From Neodothiora populina (Eukaryota): 64,000 nucleotides of DNA. The stretch is from positions 806,001 through 870,000 of the forward strand of contig NW_027191415.1 of NCBI RefSeq assembly GCF_041146345.1. Reading direction: 5' to 3'. The notes below the pieces were generated by a model. The model was not told where the DNA came from, ran no database searches, and was given only the letters and a program-made list of their open reading frames with translations. Position 1 is the stretch's first letter. Each line of letters begins with the position of its first letter. The translations under genes were made by a program, and so were the position numbers. This document shows positions 37,435-50,274 of this stretch, piece after piece.

Positions 37435-39587
37435 CTACGCTCCTGTATCTGGTGGAACCCTTGGATCAGCGATATGCGTGAGCCATGATTCGACAGCTGC
37501 ACCTCCTTCTTCCGCGGTCTTGATGAACTCATCCCGTAGCCACACTGCTTGCTCCACAATTTCTGAAACATTGTATCTGTTCAACGTGCCACCAGCGATA
37601 CAGTGCTTCCAGAACAACTTCCGGTAGACATTGGGACCTACGGGGATTAGTGTGAGCATGATTATCATTACTTTTCCAACTTGTCCAACTTACCTGCATA
37701 TTCCTTCAAAGCTTTCAGCAGCACATATGAATGTTCCTCTGGCCATACTTGGGTGTTTCCCATGATCCCGTTTATAGGGAGCTTAGTATGCCTAGGCAGG
37801 AAAGCTTCCACTCTCTCGAAAGGCACACCGTTGCTGTCCAGCTCTATATTTGTGTCCAGTACATCAAGAGGGATCAATCTCAAGTGTGAGAGCTTCGAAG
37901 GGTGTAAGAACCTGGCAGTCTGCTCGACCCTCAGACGCTCGAAATGGAGCGATGCCCAGTACTCTTTCCATTCCTCAAGCTTCTTCCGGATCTCATCTGA
38001 TCGCGTTCTTGTTTCTTCCTCTTGCCGTGTTCTCTCTGCATTGATCCTCGCCCACTTCCTTGCATTCTCGATTCGCTCGACAGCTAAGATTTCACTATCG
38101 AGGAGTTTCAGATCTTGCTGCATTTTACTTGCAACATCTTTGATGATGCCCTTGTATGGAAACTGTAGCTTGACTGTAGATGCTGCTTTCGAGACCCCCG
38201 AAGCGACCTCGATTGTGGCACGTACGAGCTCATGACACAGCTGCAATTGCTTGCTAGTGAGACCAGAAATGGTGTTATCCGGGTAGCTCTTGACCAGAGT
38301 TCGCAAGAGCCTGACAAGACGAGGAACCACATGCAGGGCCAGATCTCTGACAAGAGGAATTGAATCCCACCCAGCGGCACCAAATACAGTCGTCACGCTA
38401 TCTGAAACTGCCATGACGTATTCTTCAAGCCCTGCAACTTGTCCAGAGGCGTTAACAGAAAGTTCTCTGTCCTTGTGTGAAAGCTTTAGTTCGACGTCCT
38501 CGCATGCTTCCAAGATCATCCGTGCCTTATCAGAGTCCACTTTGGGCAGTGGACATCTAATATTCTGACGATTCTCACGCTTCAGTCCAAGATTCCCGAT
38601 AGACTTAACGGCCTCTGATAGGCCTGGTAGATGCGTGCCTCGCTGCCTTGATTGGGTAGGTGGAGGTTGGGCTGAAGATGGATTCACACGGCTTCTAGCC
38701 GTCTGTGATGGTCCGTCTGATATGAATAGTTCTGATGTCGAGCTGCGCGGAGTGCTGCTAACATATGCATCGTGGCTACTGTCGTTAGATACTTCTCCAG
38801 ATTTGTCTGGTCCTTCGTTTTGTTCCATCTCGGGTCGTGGTGAGCGACGGCTAGTATGTATGGCATTGCTAGGTTTTCGTTTGCGAATTACCGATTGGGG
38901 GGACTTTGGATTGCGTGAAGTGGCGTTCGAAATCTCCTGTCCCTCTGTCTCTCCGTTCACCCCTGTCTTTCCACGGACGGCATCGCCTGAGTTGATATAG
39001 ACCACAGGGTGTTGATTTGACACAGTTATCAGCGCTTCGTTTATCTTATTCTTACGGGGTCTCCCTCTCCCTCGTTTCGAAAAAATGAGCGCAGGCACTT
39101 GGTTGGTCGGTGAATCCGTGTGCTGGGGTGCCTCAAGCATGCGCTCTGGTGGTGCATCTGTCCGATCCTTGCGTGGTCTGCGAGGGATTGGTTTACCTGG
39201 AGTTTCCCCGCCTTCAGGTATTCGCGACTTCAATTTTCGTTTCTTCGAGTTTTGCGTAGTATCTTGCACTTGCCAATTCAGAAGCGCAGGATCTACGGAT
39301 GGGGCCCTCACGTTGCGAGCTGGGTCTGGTGGCCGCTCGAAGTCGTCGTCAACCTCGAACTGATCCAGACGACTAGATACTAAGCGTCTTTGGGCTCCGC
39401 CGATTCCTCGATAGAGGGGCCCGCTGTTATGACTTAGGCGCTTAAGCTTACTGGCTTTCTTGGGCTTCAAGCGTCTAATGGGCGGTGCTGAATCAATCAG
39501 ATTTCGATCTATGGCTGTGAACTGGTTCAAGAGAGCTGCAGACTCATCTCCAGCGCCAGGCACCGGGGCTTTGTTAGAAGACACCAT
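37435..39587 (-). CDS. Uncharacterised nuclear protein with AT-hook, helical/coiled-coil region and C-terminal Myb/SANT-like segment
   Basis: KRGRGRPRK AT-hook, basic NLS-like patches, and WPEEHSYVLLKALKEYA|GPNVYRKLF across intron 37638-37693. ATG at 39587. Confidence 0.75.
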
Positions 39588-40390
39588 GGGGTTGATGATT
39601 GTGGCGCGTCTTGCTGGTAACAACCAGAACGGGCAAGTGACTGGGAGATGCGCGATTGCGTCGCAGGAAAGGCGCGGCCAGATTAATTATCATCGGTGTA
39701 AAAATGAATTACGGGCTACTATGATGTTATGATTTGCGATAATTGGTGTTAACGAAAGTGTAACGCGCTACGTCGAATATTCAATTGCGGTTGAAGCGGA
39801 CTCGAAATACAACTGATTGTCAGTCTGTTAATTCCATTACGCAGCCTAGACCTTGGTTGACATTGAGTTTGAGAATGTAGGGATATTGTGAGTTGTCGGT
39901 ATTGTGAGATGCCAGAACGAGTCTTCGTTCGCGGATGCTGCTGGGACGGATGTTGGCATGAAGGTTCAAGTCGATGGGGCAAATGCTGCAGAGTAATACA
40001 TTGATTGGACTTATAACAATATGAACGCTCTTTCTAAGGTAAGCGTCTGTACTCGCTGTGTTGGACCGGCTTGTCGCAGGACGATGACAGTCCCACGATC
40101 TTCCTTGTATCAAGATATCATTCAGGCACATAAGGTATAGGATATATGGCCAACCAGTGCACAAGTTCAATATCAATGTTTGTACAAAATAAATTATTCG
40201 TCTAGTAGTAGTACAACGATAGCCATTTACGCAAAGTACAGTATGCGTTGTTGGTGGAGCCCCAGTCTCTTGGCGGCGGTACTTACACTAGGTACTACGC
40301 TTGTGACGTTGCGAGGTCTAAAACAATTGACGAGAAGGTATCTACCGAAACATCTGATGACTTTATAGATCCTGTCATACCACATCAAGC

Positions 40391-41899
40391 ATGTCAGATG
40401 ACATCCGAAATGCAAATCTTTCTGGTCTTACGCTAGAAAAGCTTCCGCCAGGCGCGGCAATAACACCAACCGCACCTGTGAAGCGCATACACGATGGAGA
40501 AGATCTCTCGCATTTCCTTCGTTCCAAAGGCTATGTTGACATCATTGCGTTCCTCCTTCAGTTGAACCGGGCCATGATGCCGGAGATAGATTTCGAGAAC
40601 CATGATTGTAGTCACAGCTGGCCTGTAGATAGTCGAGAGATCAAGCTGTCGCCAAACGTCGAAGGAATAGCCAGCATAGTGGAAGCTTTGGATTCGATAG
40701 TAGACAGAACTCCTCCTCAGACAGGCCCTCGAAGATTCGGCAATGCTGCTTTCCGGACATGGTATTCAGCTGCTCAGGACTCTCTACCCGGACTCATGAA
40801 AGAAGCCCTTGCTAACGCAGTATGGGAGCATGCGTCAAGCGAAGCGTATAGAGAAACTCTGGTGCAGGAACTGCTATCATACCTTCTCGGTAGCTTTGGC
40901 AGTTCCGAGCGACTTGACTATGGCACTGGACACGAGTTGAGCTTCCTCGCTTTTCTGGGATGCATATGGCAACTGGGGGGCTTCGCTGAAGCTCCTTTTG
41001 GAGTTGAGGAGAGGGGAATCGCTATTGGCATCATTAATCCGTTCGTCCCCTGCTACTTTGTTTTATACTTGTCTTATACTGACAATCCTGACAGCTATCT
41101 AAAGCTTGTCAGAAAGCTGATATTGACATACACTTTGGAGCCGGCAGGATCACACGGTGTCTGGGGCTTAGACGACCATTCCTTTCTGCCTTACGTGCTA
41201 GGTTCTGCTCAGTACAGTCCGCCCATTCCTCCGGGATCGTCTCCTTTGCCTAATGTAGGCTCTCTGAATGGTGCACCTACTCCTGATCTTGTTGCCAAAA
41301 TAGATGCAGTCGAGCGTTATCGTTCGAGCAATTTCTATTTCTCCGCGATTGGATTCATATTCGACGTTAAGAACGGCCCATTCTGGGAACATAGTCCTAC
41401 TCTCTATGATATCTCCGGCATCAAAGACGGCTGGGCGAAGATCAACAAGGTATCTAGCTGGCACATGTAATCCGACTACGTTCTGCAACTGACACTATGA
41501 TAGGGTATGGTCAAGATGTACAACGCCGAGGTTCTTTCCAAATTTCCAGTTGTGCAGCATTTCCCCTTCGGCACCCTATTTAGCTGGGACTTACATCCCG
41601 CGGCTCCGTCGTCCGCGGCATCTCCTCATATGAGTGCGCAGCCTTCGAGTAATACTGTGAGAGCCGATAATCCGGTCCACGCTTCTGTGAGGGCAGGGAC
41701 AGGACGTGGAGATGCCGGACAGAGGCAGGGGATTTCAAGCACAGCTGCTCCCTGGCACAACGTCACAACAATGCCTGGTCCAGGTGCATCTTCAAGCAGG
41801 TTCGGAACAGCGCCAAATCGGCTACCACCACCGACATCTAGGAACATGTCTGCTCGTGGTCAATCTATGCAGCCTCCTACGCGCCAAGTTCCGAAGTAG
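40391..41899 (+). CDS. RRD1: Serine/threonine-protein phosphatase 2A activator (PTPA-1/Rrd1)
   Basis: Motifs [55 protein letters not shown] and [23 protein letters not shown]. Introns 41041-41094 and 41450-41503. Confidence 0.95.
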
Positions 41900-43207
41900 G
41901 AGGATCAAGCCACATTGATGTCAAGGTCAGGCCAGGGAAAGTGATACTTATAGTATTCATACCGCGGGCTATAAGGCACAGGCCAAGGATTCCTGCCTTC
42001 AAGTATGATGTTTACGACTATGATACCCTCGAACAAGCACAGTGTCGTTGTTCAATCTACTGTACAACATGAGTCTTCTCCCTACTTGTACGCCACATGA
42101 CTTTACATGCATTTCATTTATGCGCACAGGATGTCAAGGGTGTCTCGGATAAGGTTTCCGGGATTGTTCTGGAAAGGGACAGTGCCCCACGAGGATTATT
42201 GGCTTCAACCTCAGTCTCGGCTTTTGGATCGAACCATTATGCCGTGGCGGTGGGACTACTGTGTTTGCACAATAATGCCGTACTCGTACCCTGGTGCAAG
42301 GGCGCTATGTATCGCCTAGGACGCCTGTAAAGCTACTTTTCTGCCCGGTGTCGATCTTGGAAAAGTATTTTGAGTAGTTCGATCATACAGTGCTGCAATC
42401 GTCTACGTCAACAGCTTTGGTCAAGTCGTGAGGCTGTTAGAGGATACGGTACGAAGCAGGGTTTGCAGGGCGACACTCATACTCACTCGACTCGCACTGC
42501 ACTGCACCACACGGTAATCGCCTTACTGCACAGCTACACAGCTGCAGAGCAAATACTGCGGGACGGGGAATTTGCAAATGGACGGGACGAAGATGCTCAG
42601 GTACTATTGCCATTATAGTACTAGTCGAGAGGATTAGGCTGCGAACGTGGAAAGGGTTTTAAGCATCGGGCTTTGGTTATTCTTGTACAAGTACTTCCGT
42701 GTCTCCGTCCCTTGATTTGCTTTTAGTATATCCTGTCTTTGTTTCCTTTTGAGCCATGCGATCAGTCTCGAGTCGCGGTGGAATGACTCCATCACATGTA
42801 TAAAATAGATCAGGGAGAGTGGCGGGCTTGTCGATAAGCGCGTGCCTCCCCTCCACACGTCACAAGTTTGACTGACAATTCTCGAATCATAAATACTTGT
42901 TGTACTCGTACCTACTCGTGCTGTATACTGAGGTGTACAGTGTTGGGTTGGTGCTTACTTTGCCACTGCACTCTGTGACTGCGCCTTAGCATCGCCAGCG
43001 ACAGTGGAACTGTGTATCGTCATCCACTGCTCCATACACCATCTGGACGCTTTCTTTTTTCTTTGCAACACTAAACTCATAAGACTTGCGCTTGTCGCTA
43101 CTACTACTGCAGGCTTTTTACACCTTGCTGTTCGCTCCGGCAGAACTGCCTCGGGCGTAACGGCTGCCACCAACGCTCGTGCAGATTGCCGTAGAGCGAC
43201 CAACACG

Positions 43208-44388
43208 ATGCCCGGAGTTCGTGAGTATCAGCCACGTCGTTCCACATTCAGCTATCCTGGACGATTATCGTGACTACCTCTTCTTCTGCTGACACCCGAG
43301 CAGCACCAGATGCCTTCGACCAGGTCAAGAAAGCTCTGAGGGGCATGTTCAGACGGAAGAAGAAGCCCCTCACGGAGAACATTCAACCAGTCAACAAAAC
43401 TACTGCTGCTGCTGCTCCCTCGCCGTCACAACCGGCTCCACCGCCGTCAGCTCCTTCACAGAAATCCTCTCCGATTCATGAACATACCTCGAAACGGCCC
43501 CATACCTCCCACACTTCGCAAACCTCCAACAAGATCCTCTCCGACTCGGAGCCTCTGCCAGAGCTTTTGCCGGAGCTGCGTCCAGAATCTGCATCAGGGC
43601 CAATTGCAATCAATGTACAGACATATGGCGAGCCAGGCAATTCGCATAGACGCCCGCCGACTCCTTCATCTTACAATGCCCCTCGAGAGCTGTCATCTAG
43701 CCCAAGATCACCACATCTTATGTCGCCGCAGTATCTGGCTACTCCCCCGCCGTCGGACTTGTCAGTGTCATCGGCGACTGAGATCGAGAATCACGAGAGC
43801 GAGTCGCACGAATCAGATGCCGAAGCCCCTTCAGAAAAGACTGCGGATAAAGCATCCGAGACTTTACAAGTACCCACAACAGTGGCAGCACAAAGCTTGA
43901 CCACGGCCGAAGCCGCTGTACCACCCAGTCTTGGATCAAATGCTGAGGAGGAAGAGGCAGTAAAGCGTGTCTCCGCAAACGCGAAGGATGGCGCAATACC
44001 GCATGAGGAGGACGTGCACCAGTCCGGTCTTGCGGACTCACGGGAACCTCAATCCGTCGAAGAGCCTTCAAGTGATGGACCGGCCGAGCAAGAAGAACCT
44101 GAACAGCAAGAGCAGAGTGACCACTTGCCGACATCTTCCCGGGATCTTCCCGCTGCAGACTCGCAACCCAAAGACGAAACGGACACTGCAGACATCGATG
44201 CCCAGGCAGCCAGTCTGGCACAGCATGAAGAGCCTCACCACGCCAACGAGGCTGCCCGAAGAGCACCCGCTGTTTTTCACGACGAGAAGATTCCCGTCAT
44301 GGCAGAACCGCCTCAAGTCCGACAAATCTCCATTGCGCCCGGCATGGTGGCCACCTCTGGTCCGCTCGAGGACTTTCCCTTTCGTTAA
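43208..44388 (+). CDS. Hypothetical intrinsically disordered protein
   Basis: ATG CCC GGA GTT C|GTGAGT..GCTGAC..CAG gives MPGVPPDAFDQVKKALRGMFRRKKK. A long Pro/Ser/Glu-rich ORF ends APGMVATSGPLEDFPFR. Confidence 0.75.
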
Positions 44389-45100
44389 ACAACATGTTTC
44401 CTATTGTACATATCATAATTTTCTTGGAACGGCGTAATTCATTGAGAAAAAGATACCACTTATCCGCAGAGGACACGGGTTTTACTGGATGGTTTGGCGT
44501 TTACCGAAAGAAAGAGCCTGTTTCTTTTCTTTTTGTTGTTTTCTTTTATCATTTTCTTCTATTATCTTCCTTTCCTGAATACAGTGCAGCAGCAGCATAT
44601 CCTTGAAGTGCGTCTGGGAGAACCGGTACCAAAACATTACAGTGGTTCCAGCTCTAGCTTGTGGAAACAGAATATCTCAAGTAGTCTTTACAATCGATTC
44701 CCCATTTATAGCTTGTCGATAAGCTCTTCGCTACAATATATTGCAACGAGTCTTTTCCTTCAGTAGAGCAAGAGATTATCGTAAGGCAAGTGATCTATGT
44801 TTATTACGAAAGCGAGCTAAGCGATGTTTGGCGACAAGCGCAGTGAGTTTCACGCTTATACTCCGATACCAAGCTTTCTATAACGATGCATAGAGAGAGT
44901 CGACCAGGGTCCGCCTTCCCGTGCCTGTATAAGATATATTACTACTTTCCATTATCGCGGATTAAGCACAATCTCATGTTATATATAAACCAGGCGCAAG
45001 GTACTCTTTTTCAATTTGTTCATATATATTTATCTAGAAAAACAGTCGCAAGGAAACCCATAGGCTGTATAACGGACAAGAAACCACAAGTGAAACGAGA

Positions 45101-46231
45101 ATGGCATCGCCACCGGGGGACGCATCTCCTCTACTCCCCCTATCCCAAGGTCCTAGAGTAGTGGTATACCACCAAACGCACCATCGAGACGGCAAACCCG
45201 TCTCCATCCTACCACTCATAACCCAGCGAACAGGCGTGACGCACGTCATCATCGCCGCGATCCACCTGAACGAAGGACCAGGCAACATAACGCTCAACGA
45301 CGACCCGCCGCACGCCTCCAAGTTCGGCTCTCTATGGGGCGAAGTGGCCTGGCTGCAGGCGTCCGGCGTCAAAGTGCTAGGCATGCTAGGCGGGGCAGCG
45401 AAGGGGAGTTTCGCGCGTCTTGACACGAGTAATCCAGCAACCAGCGGCGGTGACAATTTCGAAGCCTACTACGCGCCTCTGGCAGCTCTGATTCGCCAAC
45501 GACGTCTCGACGGGCTGGATCTAGACGTCGAAGAGGAGACGTCGTTGCCGGGCATCGTGCGTCTCATCGACAGACTAAAGCGCGACTTCGGGCCTGCCTT
45601 TCTCGTCACGCTCGCCCCTGTCGCCACCGCCCTCTTGCCTGGCCAGCCCCATCTCTCCGGCTTCGACTACGGCGTGCTGGAGCGTATGCGTGGCCCTGAT
45701 ATCGCGTGGTATAACACGCAGTTCTACTGCGGCTGGGGCGACATGCGGACGACGGCGTGGTACGACGCGATTATTTCCTCCGGCGGGTGGCGGCCGTCCA
45801 AGGTCGTTGTCGGGTTGATCACGAATCCGGCGCTCGGGGCCGGGTTCGTGGATCATGGGAATGTGTTTGATGTGCTGAGGGTGCTGAGGGCCAAATACCC
45901 TGATTTCGGAGGCGTCATGGGCTGGGAGTATTTCAACTCGCTGCCGGGTGATGAGGGGAGGCCGTGGGAGTGGGCGGCGGGCATGGCGCGCACCATCAGG
46001 TCTGCGATGCCGCCGGTGGGGCTGGTGGAGGGGGGTAGGGGTGTCGAGGCTCCCGGTGTGGTTGCGGGAGGGGGATTGCTCTCCGGCGGGCATTTGCCGC
46101 AGCAGCCGTTTCCTGCGCAGCATGTTCAGACGTTGCAGGAGTTGGGCTTCTCGCGGCAGCAAGCTGTCGCTGCACTGAACATGACTGGTGGTGATGTGGA
46201 ACAAGCTGCCGGCTTGTTGTTCCCTGAGTGA
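45101..46231 (+). CDS. Cytosolic GH18 endo-beta-N-acetylglucosaminidase (Eng18B/Endo T-like) with C-terminal UBA domain
   Basis: Motifs PRVVVYHQTHH, THVIIAAIHLN, ITLNDDPP, KVLGMLGGAAKGS, catalytic LDGLDLDVEE, WYNTQFYCGWG and GGVMGWEYFN. No signal peptide. UBA: FPAQHVQTLQELGFSRQQAVAALNMTGGDVEQAAGLLF. Confidence 0.88.
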   Translation: MASPPGDASPLLPLSQGPRVVVYHQTHHRDGKPVSILPLITQRTGVTHVIIAAIHLNEGPGNITLNDDPPHASKFGSLWGEVAWLQASGVKVLGMLGGAAKGSFARLDTSNPATSGGDNFEAYYAPLAALIRQRRLDGLDLDVEEETSLPGIVRLIDRLKRDFGPAFLVTLAPVATALLPGQPHLSGFDYGVLERMRGPDIAWYNTQFYCGWGDMRTTAWYDAIISSGGWRPSKVVVGLITNPALGAGFVDHGNVFDVLRVLRAKYPDFGGVMGWEYFNSLPGDEGRPWEWAAGMARTIRSAMPPVGLVEGGRGVEAPGVVAGGGLLSGGHLPQQPFPAQHVQTLQELGFSRQQAVAALNMTGGDVEQAAGLLFPE

Positions 46232-46977
46232 AGGGAAAGTGGTGCAATGGTTATGAGCAAGGGCGGAGTATCGTCACACCTGGACGTCTCTATGATGACA
46301 ACTCACGCATGTGGACGATCTGAAGGCATAGGGAAAGCAGACACGATGGTCTCACATGAAGGGAAGATCAAGCTTGGAGACATTAAGCGTCGGTTGCCTT
46401 GGCCACATGCCTGTCTACAAGAAAACAACTGTCCGAGTCGAGTCCCACTCAATCCCCACCACTGCAAACGACTAATCTCGCTGAGCGTGGACTCGACGCA
46501 CTCTTTGCGAGCAGGAGGAATATTTACAGCAAGGACAAGAGAGAAAAAGCTGCTGAAGTACTTGATTATCCGAGCCAGCCATTTTGTGAGAACAAACAGC
46601 CACGGTGGCCGTGAGAAGAAAAAAATGCTTTCGCAGACGCCCTTACTCCTGGTGTAGCTCCTGCCCTATGCCATGATGCTCCACCTGTACCCTAAAAGGT
46701 GAGAGACGAAGAGAAAAAAAAAAGGAAAAAAAGCTAAGAAATAAAGCTAAGAAAAGGAGTCATGACAACGAGCACCCGCATGGGAGCGTACCTCGATCAT
46801 CTCTCAGACTTTCTCCAATGCCCTGCATCCGCGAGCAGCCATAAGCATAATTTCCGAGTCTTCGTAAGCACGACTCGCGTCGCAGCTGTCGATAGCCGGC
46901 GTCATGATCCTGATTTGTTTTTTTGTTTTTCGTCGCGCGTAGCTTGTGTCGAGCAGCAGCTCAATATAGACACATGT

Positions 46978-48073
46978 TTAGTGGTAGCCGTTTCGGGCGG
47001 TCCTTGTGTTCTCAAAGAAGTAGGGGTGCGCACAAGCCTGCTTGGCACTGATTCTCCCTGCGGGATCATAGACAAGCAGAGCCTCGAGGAGATCGAGACC
47101 TTCGTCGCCGAGTGCTCTAGCGCCCTCGCCAGAAATGATGTCCTCGTCCGTGGCACGAGTCCACTTGGGGAAACTGGGCTTGAAGTCGGGGAAGCTGGTG
47201 ACACCGGGCCAGTCTTGCTCGCTCGGGGTTCCAAGAACACGGAAGATTTTGAAGATCTCGTCGATCTCAGAGTCGCCGGGGAACAGAGGTTTGCGGGTGG
47301 CCATTTCGGCGAAAATGCAGCCGATGGACCACATGTCGACGCCGGTGCTGTATTGACGACCACCAAGGAGAATCTCGGGCGAGCGGTACCACAGAGTCAC
47401 GACCTGCAGGAGGATGAGCGAGTTTTAGGCAAATGAAGAGAGGGCTTGAGCTTACCTCGTGAGTATATGTACGCAGTGGGACACCAAATGCTCTGGCAAG
47501 ACCGAAATCTGCTAGCTTGAGATTACCCTCCTTGTCGATGAGAAGATTCTGAGGCTTGAGATCACGATGAAGGATCCTGTGAGCGTGGCAGTAGCGAATG
47601 CCTTGACACAACTGCATCATGAACCTCTTGACCATGGCCTCGCCCAAGCCGAGATGGCCACCTCTTCCGTCCATGCAACCTTCAGGCAAGGGCTTGCCAC
47701 GTCCACCCTGCGAGACCGGGAGAGCCTCCATGTATTTCTTCAGGTCCAGATCGAGGTACTCAAAGACAAGGTACAGCTTGTGACCGTCGGCGTGGACGAT
47801 GTTGAAGAGGCGCACAATGTTAGGGTCGTTCATTTCCTTGAGCAGGGAGATTTCACGGATGGCGGTCGAGGGAACACCCTCATCTTCGGCTTCCAATCTG
47901 ATCTTTTTTAGGGCAACGATGCGATTGTCGGGTGTGCTGAGGTCTCTGGCTTTGTAGACGACACCGTAGGTACCTATGAGAGCACACTCGAATTAGCGCC
48001 GGTGCGAAAGTGCAATGTTTACTGCAAGGCACCCACCCTCGCCGATCTTCTCCATCTTCTGGTAGTTCTCCAT
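46978..48073 (-). CDS. CDK1: Cyclin-dependent kinase 1 (Cdc28/Cdc2/NimX), 3 exons
   Basis: Motifs [70 protein letters not shown] and [13 protein letters not shown]. Confidence 0.98.
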
Positions 48074-48991
48074 TTTGGTAAACGGTAAAAGGGACTATGG
48101 CTTGAGCAGGTCGTGAGTCAGGCGCTGTGCAGGCAAGGTGGATTGCAGAGCAGAGGCAGCTAGAGCGCCTTGAATGTTATGTGTTGACGTGACCAGGTCA
48201 GGGGAGAGAAAAGACAATGTCGAGAGCCAGAGGATAGGATCGGTCGTGTAAAGTGTTTGATGACGATGACTCTCGTTTGGAGACAAGAAGCGAACAGGTA
48301 AATGAAGGCGCAAGCAAGAGTGGAATGAACGGTGTTACCGGTAGCTTGGGTAAGAGTGTTAGATGCCGGTGGGGGGAGAGTAGTTGTGGTGATGATGTGG
48401 CTGCACAGCTGCTGCGTCAAGTCAAGATTAAGACTTGTATTCTAATTGTTATTGTTCCTTCCGTCTGTGTCGCTGGGCGTAGATAGACTGATAGACAAAG
48501 TCGTGTCAAGGAGACTTTCTGCTGCTGTTTGTTTCTGTCGGAGAAAGTCAGGTAAATAACGGGGGGGTCATAAGAGGTACAAAGACAACATAATAATAAT
48601 AAAGAAGCGCGTACAAGAACAAGACGGAGCGGAAATCCAAACACAAACCCGCACGGACTTGGCTTTCTGTTGTGGACAGTGAGATACACAGATACACACG
48701 AGACAGATACACAACACACACAGGTACAAGCCTTCCGGGCGGGCTGCGATTTGTTTCCGTCCGCTTGGGTCATTCTGCCGCCATTGCCCCTCTCTATCGC
48801 CCTCCCTTGTGCTTGTGCTTCTACGCTGGACCCTTGAACATGTGATTGAGAGACCTCTGGATTCTTCACCTTGTGTTTTTCTTGACTGATATTATTTGTC
48901 CCCATCAACACATCTCGACAGCATGCTGCTCATCTATGCAATCGAGTCGTGATGAATTAGACAGACATCTATCTACGTCGATATAACAATA

Positions 48992-50115
48992 ATGGCAGAA
49001 CTCGACGCACATGCGCGCCCTCCAGAGGCGATTCGCCTTCGCTACAAGAACTATCAGAAAATGCCCCGCCATGCCATCGATGTCAGTACAGACATTTTCG
49101 ATGCCGAGCAGCAGTCCTGGGCAGGCTGTGGCATCTCTCGTACGCCTCTGCCGCAATCGATTCACCAAGTATTCGAGCGATTCTCACAAGACCCCCTCCC
49201 CCACTATGACGAGAAAAAGTCACCGTTGGCTTATGAGCATCCAAAAGTGCCAGGTAACATATGTCGTCTACATCTCCCCGTTGTCACTTCCATCTCGCGA
49301 CAACGTAGTCACAAGAATGCTTTCTGAGACGCTAGGTAGGTCTCATAATCATACCGTCTCTCCTGCCCCCATCCACCCAGCTTTCTCTTCTTCACAAGCT
49401 ACTTCACCGCGATCTTTCAACCCCATCCCATAAGACAAATCTGCATCTGCACTACAATGTAGCCTACCCGTCTTCTGGCCAAGAAGGTCAATCGCCTTCA
49501 TTCTTCACGGACAGTGCTTTGTCTCTCGTGCACACGCCCAAGGACCCGACTTTACATAAGCCATTATCCATGAAGTCCTGCCTGAACCGGAAACTGCGCT
49601 GGGTGACTCTCGGCGGACAATACGATTGGACAGAGAAAGTATATCCCTCGTCACCACCGCCAGCGTTTCCCGAAGACGTCGGCAATCTCATCGAAGGTCT
49701 GTTCCCGTCCATGAAAGCCCAGGCCGCCATCGTGAATCTCTACACGCCGGGGGATACCCTTAGTTTGCATCGCGATGTGAGCGAAATGTGCGACAGGGAC
49801 CTTGTCAGTATATCTCTTGGCTGCGACGGCTTGTTCGTTGCTGGGCTCGGAAGCGACGAGCATGGCGATGAGACCAATAGTCTCGTCATGCGATTGAGAT
49901 CGGGCGATGCCGTTGTTATGTCGGGTCTCGCGCGCTATGCATGGCATGGTGTGCCGCAGATCTTGGGGGATACATGTCCAGAGTGGATGAAGGAGTGGCC
50001 AGCCAGGTCAGAGACTGACAAGGAGGGAGGCGAGGAGGGGGCGACATATGAGCTTTGGAAAGGTTGGATGGCGCGGAAAAGGATCAATCTGAATGTACGG
50101 CAGATGTGGGATTGA
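48992..50115 (+). CDS. AlkB/ALKBH1-like 2OG-Fe(II) dioxygenase, 2 exons
   Basis: Motifs LDAHARPP, HRDLS..HKTNLHLHY, KLRWVTLGGQYDW, AAIVNLY..LSLHRD, RYAWHGVP and KRINLNVRQM. Intron 49254-49339. Confidence 0.92.
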
Positions 50116-50274
50116 TGCACATATGCATGTGTTTTGTAATGAAGATATATGCGTAGAGTCTGTTTTGTTCCTCATGTTCCATTGGCGAGAACAGAATGAC
50201 TGATTTCGTTTCTCACTTATCGACTTTCACTGTATCGAAGCATCCCATCGACTCGATAAGCCTTCCTCGTCCCT

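Noticed and set aside
39700..40380. Small ORFs between the Myb-like gene and RRD1 (and likewise at 42097-42618)
   Set aside because: No homology cues and no coherent exon structure.
47640..47730. Gly-rich insertion in Cdk1 ([14 protein letters not shown]...)
   Set aside because: An ordinary feature of filamentous-ascomycete Cdk1/NimX proteins.
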